A program made the translations under genes and the position numbers. Shown one piece after another: positions 44,326-55,776 of a DNA stretch of 64,000 bases. Every line of letters starts with the position of its first letter. Within the stretch, counting starts at the first letter, position 1. A model generated the notes under the pieces. It saw only the letters and a list, made by a program, of their open reading frames with translations, was not told the origin of the DNA and searched no databases. Origin of the DNA: Shigella phage CT01; sequence record OK018184. One strand, 5' to 3'.

Positions 44326-45243
44326 TCAAAATTCATTAATGCTATTAGTTAATTTAGAAAGACCCGCTTTTACAAAATATGAATAAATTTTGCCACGCGG
44401 TGGTAATTTATATGAATTATAGTAATTCACAATGTTTGAAGCAATATTATCAGGAATATAATCAAAATCAATTAGAACTAAATTTTCTTTATATCGATTA
44501 TATTCAGATTCAGTGAGAAGCACCTTAGCTTGCTCACGGTCATTAGCAATAGCTTCAACAACAGATGTTTTCATTGAAGGAGTTCGTTCACCTTCAACTC
44601 TGGTAAACCAAAAGTCAGATCGTACTTTAACTGAAGCAACGTTATCCTTTTTATCACCCTTAAGAATTTTAGTCATACAGTCAATTTCAGCAGAACCGCT
44701 TTTAATTTTAACCCATTTCTTGTGCATCGGTGACCATTGCTTAACATTTGGGTATTTGTGAAGTTGCGTAAAGTCACCATCCGATGAAATGATTAAAATC
44801 TTGTGTCCTTCTAAAGAGAACTTTTTAACAAGAACAGCGATATGATCATCTGCTTCATACTTATCAATATCCATAACGATGTATGGCATATAAGCTTTCA
44901 ATTCATCTATAACTTTATGGCTGGATTCAAAATAACCTTCCCAGTCCCAAGTAGATTCTTCTCGTGCTTTTCCGCGGTTTTTCTTATAATAATAAGCAAA
45001 ATCACGACGCCAGTATCCGGATTTTGCGTTATCGATACACAGTACAATTTTAGTGTATCCAAGAGTTTTTGCTTTTTTGACATTAAACTTAATTGAGTTC
45101 AATATCAAATGACGAACCATTGATAAGTTAATTTTTTCTTTATCTGGAAAGTTTACTAGAGCAGTTGAAAGCGCAATTTGACTAAAGTCAATTAAGCAAA
45201 TTCCTTCTTTGTAATCTTCATCCAGCATCATTTCTAAATCCAT
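44326..45243 (-). CDS. rnh: RNase H (5'-3' exonuclease / flap endonuclease)
   Basis: 305 aa from MDLEMMLDEDYKEG; FEN-family acidic residues. Confidence 0.9.
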   Translation of the reverse strand: MDLEMMLDEDYKEGICLIDFSQIALSTALVNFPDKEKINLSMVRHLILNSIKFNVKKAKTLGYTKIVLCIDNAKSGYWRRDFAYYYKKNRGKAREESTWDWEGYFESSHKVIDELKAYMPYIVMDIDKYEADDHIAVLVKKFSLEGHKILIISSDGDFTQLHKYPNVKQWSPMHKKWVKIKSGSAEIDCMTKILKGDKKDNVASVKVRSDFWFTRVEGERTPSMKTSVVEAIANDREQAKVLLTESEYNRYKENLVLIDFDYIPDNIASNIVNYYNSYKLPPRGKIYSYFVKAGLSKLTNSINEF

Positions 45244-45305
45244 ATGAACCTCGTTCAATTAGTGAGATTTCTATTATATACTATCCAAATCTTAAAGTAA
45301 ACAAG

Positions 45306-45313
45306 TATAAATA
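45306..45313 (+). promoter_or_regulatory. late promoter TATAAATA upstream of gene 34
   Basis: Exact TATAAATA about 35 nt before the gene 34 ATG. Confidence 0.55.
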
Positions 45314-45347
45314 CTTATTATTGAAAACACAATAGGAGCCCGGGAGA

Positions 45348-48300
45348 ATGGCCGAGATTAAAAGAAAGTTCAGAGCAGAAGACGGTCTGGACGCAGGTGG
45401 CGATAAAATAATCAACGTAGCTTTAGCTGATCGTACCGTAGGAACTGACGGTGTTAACGTTGATTACTTAATTCAAGAAAACACAGTTCAACAATATGAT
45501 CCAACTCGTGGATATTTAAAAGATTTTGTAATCATTTATAATAATCGTTTTTGGGCAGCAACGGATAATATTCCAAAACCTGCTGGAAGTTTTAATAGAA
45601 TTCGTTGGAAAGCATTGCGTACTGATGCCGTATATACAACCGTATCATCTGGACCGTATCAATTAAAATCCGGAGAAGCAATTTCAGTAGATACATCAGT
45701 TGGTAATGACATTGAGTTTAATTTACCACCTTCTCCTCTTGATGGAGAAACCGTAATAATTCAAGATATTGGTGGAAAACCTGGTATAAATCAGGTTAAA
45801 ATAAATTCTTCAAATCAGAGTATTGTTAATTTTAGAGGTGAACAGGTACGTTCAGTTCTAATGACTCATCCAAAGTCACAAATGATATTCATTTTTAATA
45901 ATCGTTTGTGGCAAATGTATGTTGCTGATTATAGCAGAGAAGCTGCGATTGTTACTCCATCGACTGCATATCAAGCACAATCTAATGATTTTATCGTGCG
46001 TAGATTTACTTCCGCTGCGCCGATTAATATTAAACTTCCGAGATTTGCTAATCATGGCGATATTATTAATTTCGTTGATTTAGATAAATTAAATCCACTT
46101 TATCATACAATTGTCACGACATATGATGAAACAACTTCAGTACAAGAAGTTGGAACTCATTCTATTGAAGGCCGTACATCGATTGACGGTTTCTTGATGT
46201 TTGATGATAATGAAAAATTATGGAGATTGTTTGACGGGGATAGTAAAGCACGTTTACGCATTATAACAACTAATTCTAATATTCGTCCAAATGAAGAAGT
46301 TATGGTATTTGGTGCGAATAACGGAACAACCCAAACAATTGAACTTCAGCTTCCAACCGATATTTCCATTGGTGATACTGTTAAAATTTCCATGAATTAC
46401 ATGAGAAAAGGACAAACAGTTAAAATCAAAGCTGCCGGTGAAGATAAAATTGCTTCTTCAGTTCAATTGCTGCAATTCCCAAAACGTTCAGAATATCCAC
46501 CTGAAGCTGAATGGGTGACTGTACAGGAATTAGTTTTTAACGGTGAAACTAATTATGTTCCAGTTTTACAACTTGCTTATATAGAAGATTCTGACGGAAA
46601 ATACTGGGTTGTACAACAAAACGTTCCAACAGTTGAAAGAGTCGATTCTTTAAATAATTCTACTAGAGCAAGATTAGGCGTAATTGCTTTAGCTACACAA
46701 GCTCAAGCAAATGCTGATTTAGAAAATTCTCCGCAAAAAGAATTAGCAATTACACCAGAAACATTAGCTAACCGTACTGCTACAGAAACTCGTAGAGGTA
46801 TCGCAAGAATAGCAACTACTGCTCAAGTAAATCAGAACACTACATTCTCTTTTGCTGATGACCTTATCATCACTCCTAAAAAGCTGAATGAAAGAACTGC
46901 TACAGAAACTCGTAGAGGCGTTGCTGAAATTGCCACGCAACAAGAAACTAATACAGGTACTGATGATACTACAATCATCACTCCTAAAAAGCTTCAAGCT
47001 CGTCAAGGTTCTGAATCATTATCTGGTATTGTAACCTTTGTATCTACTGCAGGAGCTACTCCAGCTTCTAGTCGTGAATTAAATGGTACAAATGTTTATA
47101 ATAAAAACACTAATAATTTAGTTGTTTCGCCTAAAGCTTTGGATCAGTATAAAGCTACTCCAACGCAACAAGGTGCAGTAATTTTAGCAGTTGAAAGTGA
47201 AGTAATTGCTGGACAAAGCCAAGAAGGATGGGCAAATGCGGTTGTAACGCCAGAAACGTTACATAAAAAGACATCAACTGATGCAAGAATTGGTTTAATT
47301 GAAATTGCTACGCAAAGTGAAGTTAATACAGGAACTGATTATACTCGTGCAGTCACTCCGAAAACTTTAAATGACCGTATAGCAACTGAAAGTTTAAGTG
47401 GTATAGCTGAAATTGCTACACAAGTTGAATTCGACGCAGGCGTCGACGATACTCGTATCTCTACACCATTAAAAATTAAAACCAGATTTAATAGTACTGA
47501 TCGTACTTCTGTTGTTGCTCTATCTGGATTAGTTGAATCAGGAACTCTCTGGGACCATTATACCCTTAATATTCTTGAAGCAAATGAGACACAGCGTGGT
47601 ACACTTCGTGTAGCTACACAAGTTGAAGCTGCTGCAGGAACATTGGATAATGTTCTAATAACTCCTAAAAAGCTTTTAGGTACTAAATCTACTGAAGCGC
47701 AGGAAGGCGTTATTAAAGTTGCAACTCGGTCTGAAACTGTAGCTGGAACGTCAGCAAATACTGCTGTATCTCCAAAAAATTTAAAATGGATTGTGCAGAG
47801 TGAACCTACTTGGGCAGCTACTACCCTGGTAAGAGGTTTTGTTAAAACTTCATCTGGTTCAATTACATTCGTTGGTAATGATACAGTTGGTTCTACGCAG
47901 GACTTAGAACTATATGAGAAAAATAACTATGCAGTATCACCATATGAATTAAACCGCGTATTAGCAAATTATTTGCCGTTAAAAGCAAAAGCTGTAGATA
48001 GTAATTTATTAGATGGTTTAGATTCACTCCAGTTCATTCGTAGGGATATTGCGCAGACGGTTAATGGTTCACTAACCTTAACACAGCAAACGAATCTGAG
48101 TGCCCCTCTTGTATCATCTAGTACTGCTACGTTCGGTGGATCAGTTTCGGCAAATAGTACATTAACTATTTCTAATACTGGAACAGCAACTCGTCTGATT
48201 TTTGAGAAAGGACCTCAAACTGGGACGAACCCAGCTCAAACGATGACAGTCAGAGTGTGGGGAAATCAATTCAGCGGTGAATCGGACACAACACGTTCTA

Positions 48301-49217
48301 CTGTATTTGAAGTTAGTGATGAAACGTCTAGTCACTTTTATTCTCAGCGCAATAAAACTGGTAATATAACATTTAATATAAACGGTACAGTAACGCCGAT
48401 AAATGTGAATGCTTCAGGAACATTGAATGCGAATGGCGTTGCAACATTCGGTAGTTCAGTTACTGCTAATGGCGAATTTATCAGTAAATCATCGAATGCT
48501 TTTAGAGCAATAAACGGTGATTATGGATTCTTTATCAGGAATGGTGGCAGCATCACACATTTTATGCTCACTGAATCTGGCGACCAGACCGGTGGATTTA
48601 ATGGATTACGTCCTTTATCTATTAATAATGCATCTGGTCAAGTAACGATTGGTGAAAGCTTAATCATTGCCAAAGGTGCTACTATAAGTTCAGGTGGTTT
48701 AACTGTCAACTCGAGAATTCGTTCTCAGGGTACTAAAACCTCTGATTTATATACTCGTGCGCCAACATCTGATACTGTAGGATTCTGGTCAATCGATATT
48801 AATGATTCAGCCACTTATAACCAGTTCCCGGGTTATTTTAAGATGGTTGAAAAAACTAATGAAGTGACTGGGCTTCCATACTTAGAACGTGGCGAAGAAG
48901 TTAAATCTCCTGGTACATTGACTCAGTTTGGTAACACGCTTGATTCGCTTTACCAAGATTGGATTACTTATCCAACGACTCCAGAAGCACGTACCACTCG
49001 CTGGACACGTACATGGCAGAAAACTAAAAACTCTTGGTCAAGTTTTGTTCAGGTATTTGACGGAGGTAACCCTCCTCAACCTTCAGATATAGGAGCGATC
49101 CCATCTGATAATGGAATAATAGGTAATCTTACTATTCGCGATTTCTTGCGAATTGGTAATGTTCGCATTATTCCTGACCCAGTGAATAAAACTGTTAAAT
49201 TTGAGTGGATTGAATAA
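45348..49217 (+). CDS. 34: long tail fibre proximal subunit gp34
   Basis: 1289 aa, same length as T4 gp34. Confidence 0.9.
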   Translation: MAEIKRKFRAEDGLDAGGDKIINVALADRTVGTDGVNVDYLIQENTVQQYDPTRGYLKDFVIIYNNRFWAATDNIPKPAGSFNRIRWKALRTDAVYTTVSSGPYQLKSGEAISVDTSVGNDIEFNLPPSPLDGETVIIQDIGGKPGINQVKINSSNQSIVNFRGEQVRSVLMTHPKSQMIFIFNNRLWQMYVADYSREAAIVTPSTAYQAQSNDFIVRRFTSAAPINIKLPRFANHGDIINFVDLDKLNPLYHTIVTTYDETTSVQEVGTHSIEGRTSIDGFLMFDDNEKLWRLFDGDSKARLRIITTNSNIRPNEEVMVFGANNGTTQTIELQLPTDISIGDTVKISMNYMRKGQTVKIKAAGEDKIASSVQLLQFPKRSEYPPEAEWVTVQELVFNGETNYVPVLQLAYIEDSDGKYWVVQQNVPTVERVDSLNNSTRARLGVIALATQAQANADLENSPQKELAITPETLANRTATETRRGIARIATTAQVNQNTTFSFADDLIITPKKLNERTATETRRGVAEIATQQETNTGTDDTTIITPKKLQARQGSESLSGIVTFVSTAGATPASSRELNGTNVYNKNTNNLVVSPKALDQYKATPTQQGAVILAVESEVIAGQSQEGWANAVVTPETLHKKTSTDARIGLIEIATQSEVNTGTDYTRAVTPKTLNDRIATESLSGIAEIATQVEFDAGVDDTRISTPLKIKTRFNSTDRTSVVALSGLVESGTLWDHYTLNILEANETQRGTLRVATQVEAAAGTLDNVLITPKKLLGTKSTEAQEGVIKVATRSETVAGTSANTAVSPKNLKWIVQSEPTWAATTLVRGFVKTSSGSITFVGNDTVGSTQDLELYEKNNYAVSPYELNRVLANYLPLKAKAVDSNLLDGLDSLQFIRRDIAQTVNGSLTLTQQTNLSAPLVSSSTATFGGSVSANSTLTISNTGTATRLIFEKGPQTGTNPAQTMTVRVWGNQFSGESDTTRSTVFEVSDETSSHFYSQRNKTGNITFNINGTVTPINVNASGTLNANGVATFGSSVTANGEFISKSSNAFRAINGDYGFFIRNGGSITHFMLTESGDQTGGFNGLRPLSINNASGQVTIGESLIIAKGATISSGGLTVNSRIRSQGTKTSDLYTRAPTSDTVGFWSIDINDSATYNQFPGYFKMVEKTNEVTGLPYLERGEEVKSPGTLTQFGNTLDSLYQDWITYPTTPEARTTRWTRTWQKTKNSWSSFVQVFDGGNPPQPSDIGAIPSDNGIIGNLTIRDFLRIGNVRIIPDPVNKTVKFEWIE

Positions 49218-49225
49218 GAGGTATT

Positions 49226-50341
49226 ATGGAAAAATTTATGGCAGAGTTTGGACAAGGATATGTCCAAACGCCATTTTTATCGGAAAGTAATTCAGTAAGA
49301 TACAAAATAAGCATAGCTGGTTCTTGCCCGCTTTCTACAGCAGGACCATATGTTAAATTTCAGGATAACCCTGTCGGAAATCAAACATTTAGCGCAGGTC
49401 TTCATTTAAGAGTTTTTGACCCTTCAACAGGAGCATTAGTTGATAGTAAGTCATATGCTTTTTCTACTTCAAATAATACTACATCAGCTGCTTTTGTTAG
49501 TTTCATGAATTCTTTGTCAAACAATAGACTTGTTGCTATATTAACTAGTGGAAAGGTTAATTTTCCTCCTGAAGTGGTATCTTGGTTAAAAGGAGCAGGA
49601 ACTTCAGTTTTTCCATCAGATTCCGTATTGTCAAGATTTGACGTATCATATGCTGCTTTTTATACTTCTTCTAAAAGAGCTATTGCATTAGAGCATGTTA
49701 AACTAAGTAATAGAAAAAGCACAGATGATTATCAAACTATTTTAGATGTTGTATTTGATAGTTTAGAAGACGTCGGAGCTACGGGATTTCCTAAAAGAAC
49801 ATATGAAAGTGTCGAGCAATTTATGTCAGCGGTTGGTGGAACTAATAACGAAATTGCGCGATTACCAACTTCAGCTGCTATAAGTAAACTATCTGATTAT
49901 AATTTAATTCCTGGTGATGTTCTTTATCTTAAAGCACAGTTATATGCTGATGCTGATTTACTTGATCTTGGAACTACAAATATATCCATTCGTTTTTATG
50001 ATGCATCAAATGGATATATTTCTTCAACACAGGCTGAGTTTACTGGACAAGCTGGGTCTTGGGAATTAAAGGAAGATTATGTAGTTGTTCCTGAAAATGC
50101 AGTCGGATTTACTATATATGCGCAGAGAACTGCTCAAGCTGGTCAAGGCGGAATGAGGAATTTAAGCTTTTCTGAAGTATCAAGAAATGGCGGCATTTCA
50201 AAACCTGCCGAATTTGGCGTCAATGGTATTCGTGTTAATTATGTCTGTGAATCGGCTTCACCTCCAGATATAATGGTACTTCCTACACAAGCCTCTTCTA
50301 AAACTGGCAAAGTGTTTGGGCAAGAATTTAGAGAAGTTTAA
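49226..50341 (+). CDS. 35: long tail fibre hinge connector gp35
   Basis: 371 aa, T4 position. Confidence 0.85.
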   Translation: MEKFMAEFGQGYVQTPFLSESNSVRYKISIAGSCPLSTAGPYVKFQDNPVGNQTFSAGLHLRVFDPSTGALVDSKSYAFSTSNNTTSAAFVSFMNSLSNNRLVAILTSGKVNFPPEVVSWLKGAGTSVFPSDSVLSRFDVSYAAFYTSSKRAIALEHVKLSNRKSTDDYQTILDVVFDSLEDVGATGFPKRTYESVEQFMSAVGGTNNEIARLPTSAAISKLSDYNLIPGDVLYLKAQLYADADLLDLGTTNISIRFYDASNGYISSTQAEFTGQAGSWELKEDYVVVPENAVGFTIYAQRTAQAGQGGMRNLSFSEVSRNGGISKPAEFGVNGIRVNYVCESASPPDIMVLPTQASSKTGKVFGQEFREV

Positions 50342-50346
50342 ACTGA

Positions 50347-50368
50347 GGGAGCCTTTGGGTTCCCTTTT
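50347..50368 (+). terminator. hairpin with T-run after gene 35
   Basis: gggagcc-tttgg-gttccc followed by tttttcttt. Confidence 0.45.
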
Positions 50369-50372
50369 TCTT

Positions 50373-50380
50373 TATAAATA
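50373..50380 (+). promoter_or_regulatory. late promoter TATAAATA upstream of gene 36
   Basis: Exact TATAAATA about 24 nt before the ATG. Confidence 0.55.
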
Positions 50381-50403
50381 ATATTAAAATAAAGGGGCAT
50401 ATA

Positions 50404-51096
50404 ATGGCTGATTTAAAAGTAGGTTCAACTGTGGGTGGATCTGTCATTTGGCATCAAGGAAATTTTCCATTGAATTCAGCCGGTGACGATGTACTCTACA
50501 AATCATTTAAAATATATTCAGAATATAATAAACCGCAGGCAGCTGATAACGATTTCGTTTCTAAAGCTAATGGTGGTACTTACACCGGTCCAATTACTAT
50601 TAATTACGGGGTAAATAGTTATCTTCAATTAAGTAATAATGAAACCCCTATCCGAATTCGTTCTGGTGGCGGCACCGGTAATACTCTTGTAATTGGTGGA
50701 TCTTCTGGTGGTATTAGTTTTAGACCTGCAGGTAGTGAAATCACTACTGGACAAATTAGTTTTAGACCTGCAGGTAGTGAAATCACTACTGGACAAATTA
50801 CTATTACGCCAGAAGGTTTGACAACATTCACCAAAGCTGTAAAGGCTCCATCTGTAACTGTTACATCTACTCCTTCCGCAGCATCAGATGCTACTCGTAA
50901 AGATTATGTTGATGGAGCAATAAATACTGTTACAGCAAATGCAAACTCTAGAGTGTTACGATCTGGTGACACCATGACAGGAAATTTAACTGCGCCAAAC
51001 CTTTTTTCACAGAATCCTGCATCTCAACCTTCACACGTTCCACGATTTGACCAAATCGTAATTAAGGATTCTGTTCAAGATTTCGGCTATTATTAA
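50404..51096 (+). CDS. 36: long tail fibre distal connector gp36 (with internal 14-aa tandem duplication)
   Basis: 230 aa; N- and C-terminal regions match recalled T4 gp36; [14 protein letters not shown] occurs twice. Confidence 0.8.
   Translation: MADLKVGSTVGGSVIWHQGNFPLNSAGDDVLYKSFKIYSEYNKPQAADNDFVSKANGGTYTGPITINYGVNSYLQLSNNETPIRIRSGGGTGNTLVIGGSSGGISFRPAGSEITTGQISFRPAGSEITTGQITITPEGLTTFTKAVKAPSVTVTSTPSAASDATRKDYVDGAINTVTANANSRVLRSGDTMTGNLTAPNLFSQNPASQPSHVPRFDQIVIKDSVQDFGYY
50713..50796. repeat. perfect 42-bp tandem duplication (2 copies) inside gene 36
   Basis: attagttttagacctgcaggtagtgaaatcactactggacaa repeated back to back. Confidence 0.9.
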
Positions 51097-51104
51097 GAGG
51101 ACTT

Positions 51105-53835
51105 ATGGCTACTTTAAAACAAATACAATTTAAAAGAAGCAAAACCGCAGGTCAACTTCCTGCTGCTTCAGTATTAGCCGAAGGTGAATTGGCTATTAAT
51201 TTAAAAGATAAAACAATTTTCACAAAAGATGACTCAGGCAATGTTATAGAATTAGGTTTAAAATATGGAGGAACAATTGATGGTTCTTTAACTGTTAATG
51301 GAAATATAATTGGAAATTTAACAGGTAACGCTGCAACTGCAACGAAATTAAAAACAGCACGAAAAATTAATGGTATATCCTTTGATGGGTCAAAAGATAT
51401 CACGCTAACTCCATCCGACATAAATGTCAATAGCACAACGTTTATAAAAAATAACGGCGAATTACCTGTTGATGCTAATTTAGATACGTATGGGCCTGTT
51501 GAAGAATATCTTGGAGTTTGGTCGAAAGCAACTTCAACCAACGCTCAACCAGCAAATAAATTTCCAGAAAACAATGCTGTAGGTGTGCTAGAAGTATTTG
51601 TGGCCGGTCAATTTGCTGGTACTCAGAGATATACAACTAGATACGGAAATGTTTATATTCGTTCCTTGACTGCTACATGGAACGGAGTAAATGGTCCGTG
51701 GAGTGTGTGGCGAAATATTCAATCCGGTACTCGTTCACTGTCAACAACAATTGATCTTAATGATCTAGGAGGTGCTGAACATCTTGGTTTGTGGCGAAAT
51801 AGTTCAAATTCCATTGCTACCTTTGACAGAAATTTCCCAGAAGAGGGGTCGTCAGCTCAAGGTCTTTTGGAAGTATATGAAGGTGGAAACTATTCTCGTA
51901 CACAAAGATATACAACCAGATTTGGTGTTGTTTATACTCGCTGTCTTACTGCTGCGTGGGATGCTTCTGCGCCTAAATGGGGACCGTGGCAACAAGTCGG
52001 TAATGTCACACCGGCGACTTTCTATGACGGAAACCTGAATGATTTTAAAACTCCTGGGTTATATAATATTTTAGGCACTGATGCCGTTATTAATTGTCCT
52101 ACAGGCGAAGGTTTACCAGCCGTTATTGTTGGTTTGCTGGAAGTTAAACAGCGTGCTTCTGGCGGTGCTATTTTCCAAAAATTTACTACTGCCGGAACAG
52201 GTGCAACTACCCGCGATCGTATTTTTGAGCGCGCATATACCGGCGGTGTGTGGGGTGAATGGAACGAAGTATACACATCTTATTCTCTACCAATTACTTT
52301 GGGTATGGGCGGTATTAAATCTAACTTAGCAGAGTTAGACTGGCAAGCATTTGATTTTGTTCCTGGTAGTATGTTTAGCGTTCCTTTGAACAAAATAAAG
52401 AACATGCCAGCTAATATGGATTGGGGTACGATTGACGGAAACTTAATTATGTTTTCTGTTGGTCCTAGCGAGCACACCAGCACAGGACGTACTGTTCAGG
52501 TTTGGCGTGGAACTGTATCCCAGACAAACTATCGTTATTTTGTCGTTCGTGTATTCGGTAATCCAGGGAGTAGAACATGTACAGTTCGACGCGTTGTTCT
52601 TGAAGACGGATCACATACTTGGACTGCTAAACAAGATTTTAATGGCGCAGTTAACTTTAACTCTACTGTTAACCTTAATAACACTACCACATTTAAAACA
52701 GAAGTTAAATTCCGCTCGTTGAATGCAAGGCGCTCATTTTTCCACTGAACGTACTTTAGCGACTGGTGCAATTAAAACTCGTTTCTTTGGCGAAACATTC
52801 ACTGATGGTACATTATACCTAAATCAGATGAATAATAGCTCTGAACGATTCCATATCAATAATTGGGGAAATTCAGAAGTTGGTCGCGCGGCAGTGATGG
52901 AAGTCGGTGATTCCAAAGGTTATCACTTCTATACGGAACGCAGGACAGATAACAGTTTGACATTTGATGTTGCTGGCACTTTTACCGTGCATGGACCTAC
53001 CGGGATCACTATCAAAAACTCTGTTGGTGCTCGCCACATCTGGTTTAAAGATGATAGCGATGCAGAAAAGGCTGTTATCTGGGCTACAGATGAGGGTATT
53101 TTACATATTCGCAATAATCATGAGGGTTCATTTAGTCATCACTTCCAGGGTGCAATGATTAAACTGGAAGGGCGTGTTCCTTATGGTGCAGCAAAAGGGC
53201 TTATTCGAGGCGAGATAGACGGTGGTGCATATGTTGCATGGAGAGACCGCCCTGCTGGTTTGTTGGTTGACTGCCAGAAAAGTATTGACAGTGCTCATGC
53301 TGTTTGGAAAGCGGTTGATTGGGGGCGTCAATATATCGCTGCTATGGACGTTCATTGTCCGGGTGATGGTAATAATACTGCGGCAGCGGTTCTTCATGTT
53401 CAGGCTGCTGATTATCAATTCCATGCAAGCGGAGAATTTCATGCCACTGGTAACGGGAACTTTAACGATGTGTATATTCGTTCCGATGGTCGTCTGAAAA
53501 TTAATGTTGAAGATTATACAGGAAATGCGTTAAGTTTGATCGGCAAACTGAAAGTGAAAACTTACGATAAAGTTAAATCTCTTAAAGACCGTGAAATTAT
53601 CGGTCACGAGATCGGCATTATCGCACAGGATTTACAAGAAATATTACCGGAAGCTGTAAAATCTTCAAAGGTTGGCAATCTTGATAATCCAGACGATGTT
53701 CTGACAATTTCTAACTCTGCTGTGAATGCTCTTTTAATTAAGGCTATTCAGGAAATGAGTAAAGAAATTAAAGAATTGAAAACTCCTTTCTTTACTAAAA
53801 TTGCTCGCAAAATTAGTAAATATTTTAAATTCTAA
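51105..53835 (+). pseudogene. 37: long tail fibre distal subunit gene 37, broken by a 344-bp frameshifting deletion at 52727/52728
   Basis: Two overlapping ORFs in different frames (51105..52748 and 52723..53835); the missing 344 bp is present in the copy inside nrdA at 35022-35365. Confidence 0.8.
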
Positions 53836-53841
53836 CAACAA

Positions 53842-53858
53842 GGGGCATTGCCCCCTTT
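53842..53858 (+). terminator. hairpin ggggc-att-gcccc after gene 37
   Basis: Inverted repeat directly after the stop codon. Confidence 0.4.
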
Positions 53859-53870
53859 GGAGTATAAATT

Positions 53871-54653
53871 ATGGCAGTAGTTGGTGTTCCTGGTTGGATT
53901 GGAAGTTCAGCCGCAAATGAAACAGGGCAACGATGGATGAGTCAAGCGGCTGGTCAACTAAGATTGGGTGTTCCTTGCTGGATGAGTCAATTTTCAGGTC
54001 GCTCGCGAGAAATTATTCATACACTTGGTGCAGACCATAACTTCAATGGTCAGTGGTTCCGTGATAGATGCTTTGAGGCAGGTAGTACACCTATAGTGTT
54101 TAATATTACAGGTGATTTAGTATCATATTCTAAAGATGTTCCTTTATTCTTTATGTACGGAGATACACCGAATGAATATGTTCAGTTGAATATACATGGC
54201 GTAACGATGTATGGTCGTGGCGGGAATGGCGGTAGCAATAGTCCTGGATCAGCTGGGGGTCATTGTATTCAAAATGATATTGGTGGGAGACTAAGAATTA
54301 ATAATGGCGGAGCTATTGCTGGCGGTGGCGGTGGCGGTGGCGGCGGATATTATTCTCCTTTTTCACAAATGAGATTGACCTTTGGCGGTGGCGGCGGTCG
54401 TCCGTTTGGCGCTCCGGGCGGATCTATTGATATGCAATCAGGAGCAACTGCTGGTACTATTTCTGCACCAGGCTCAGGGTCTGTGAACGGTATCTATAGC
54501 GGCGGGTCTGGTGGTGAAGTTGGATCCGCAGGGGGTAGATGTAATATTCGTGGTCAAGGATATGAATACGATGGCGGAGCTGCTGGTTATGCCGTCATAG
54601 GGTCTACGCCGACATGGCAAAACGTTGGAGCAATATATGGTCCAAGAGTATAA
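53871..54653 (+). CDS. 38: T2-type gp38 receptor-binding adhesin with glycine-rich motifs
   Basis: 260 aa with several poly-Gly runs ([25 protein letters not shown]) between variable segments; too long for a T4-type gp38 chaperone. Confidence 0.75.
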   Translation: MAVVGVPGWIGSSAANETGQRWMSQAAGQLRLGVPCWMSQFSGRSREIIHTLGADHNFNGQWFRDRCFEAGSTPIVFNITGDLVSYSKDVPLFFMYGDTPNEYVQLNIHGVTMYGRGGNGGSNSPGSAGGHCIQNDIGGRLRINNGGAIAGGGGGGGGGYYSPFSQMRLTFGGGGGRPFGAPGGSIDMQSGATAGTISAPGSGSVNGIYSGGSGGEVGSAGGRCNIRGQGYEYDGGAAGYAVIGSTPTWQNVGAIYGPRV

Positions 54654-54685
54654 TTTTTGAATAAATATCCTTAAAAGGAGGGTCT

Positions 54686-55342
54686 ATGGCAGCACCTAGA
54701 ATATCATTTTCGCCCTCTGATATTCTGTTGGGTGTTCTAGATCGCTTGTTCAAAGATAACGCTACCGGGAATGTTCTTGCTTCCCGGGTAGCTGTCGTAA
54801 TTCTTTTATTTATGATGGCGATTGTTTGGTATAGGGGAGATAGTTTCTTTGAGTACTATAAGCAATCAAAGTATGAAACATACAGTGAAATTATTGAAAA
54901 GGAAAGAAATGCACGCTTTGAATCTGTCGCCCTGGAACAACTCCAGATAGTTCATATATCATCTGAGGCAGACTTTAGTGCGGTGTATTCTTTCCGCCCT
55001 AAAAACTTAAACTATTTTGTTGATATTATAGCATATGAAGGAAAATTACCTTCAACAATAAGTGAAAAATCACTTGGAGGATATCCTGTTGATAAAACTA
55101 TGGATGAATATACAGTTCATTTAAATGGACGTCATTATTATTCCAATTCAAAATTTGCTTTTTTACCAACTAAAAAGCCTACTCCCGAAATAAACTACAT
55201 GTACAGTTGTCCATATTTTAATTTGGATAATATCTATGCTGGAACAATAACCATGTACTGGTATAGAAATGATCATATAAGTAATGACCGCCTTGAATCA
55301 ATATGTGCTCAGGCGGCCAGAATATTAGGAAGGGCTAAATAA
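54686..55342 (+). CDS. t: holin
   Basis: 218 aa, MAAPRISFSPSDILLGVLDRLF... with one N-terminal transmembrane helix; matches recalled T4 holin. Confidence 0.9.
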   Translation: MAAPRISFSPSDILLGVLDRLFKDNATGNVLASRVAVVILLFMMAIVWYRGDSFFEYYKQSKYETYSEIIEKERNARFESVALEQLQIVHISSEADFSAVYSFRPKNLNYFVDIIAYEGKLPSTISEKSLGGYPVDKTMDEYTVHLNGRHYYSNSKFAFLPTKKPTPEINYMYSCPYFNLDNIYAGTITMYWYRNDHISNDRLESICAQAARILGRAK

Positions 55343-55615
55343 TTATTTGTTTGTATACATCTCTAGATATCGATATACACCCTCAAAACCCTCGTTGAAT
55401 TCGTCGATGAGGGTTTTCTTATCTTCTTGAGTTAATTCAGAAACAATTTTACGGAATGAATTCTGATTTAACTTTCTACCTTCATGCGTTACTCCAATCT
55501 CATTCAGAAATGCAATAAAATTAGCACGATTCTCAACAATATCTTCTCTGGAAAATTTAATCAAAATAGACGCAACAGTAATAATTTCACGAACTGTATC
55601 AATATTTTTATTCAT
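55343..55615 (-). CDS. asiA: anti-sigma70 factor AsiA
   Basis: 90 aa, MNKNIDTVREIITVASILIKFSREDIVENRANFIAFLNEIG matches recalled T4 AsiA. Confidence 0.9.
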   Translation of the reverse strand: MNKNIDTVREIITVASILIKFSREDIVENRANFIAFLNEIGVTHEGRKLNQNSFRKIVSELTQEDKKTLIDEFNEGFEGVYRYLEMYTNK

Positions 55616-55776
55616 TAACTATACCACTCAATTAGTTGACTTTATTATAATATCATCAGACGCTTTATTTGTAAACTGGTCTGTGTTATTTTCTTCAAAA
55701 ATTTTTTCTACGAATTCTTTGAACGACTCACGTTCCTGAGCTACATTATGCTCGATTACCTTTTCAAGATTATGAC

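Noticed and set aside
54321-54347. Simple-sequence run ggcggtggcggtggcggtggcggcgga
   Set aside because: It encodes the poly-glycine motif of the gp38 adhesin; coding low complexity, not a repeat element or CRISPR-like array.
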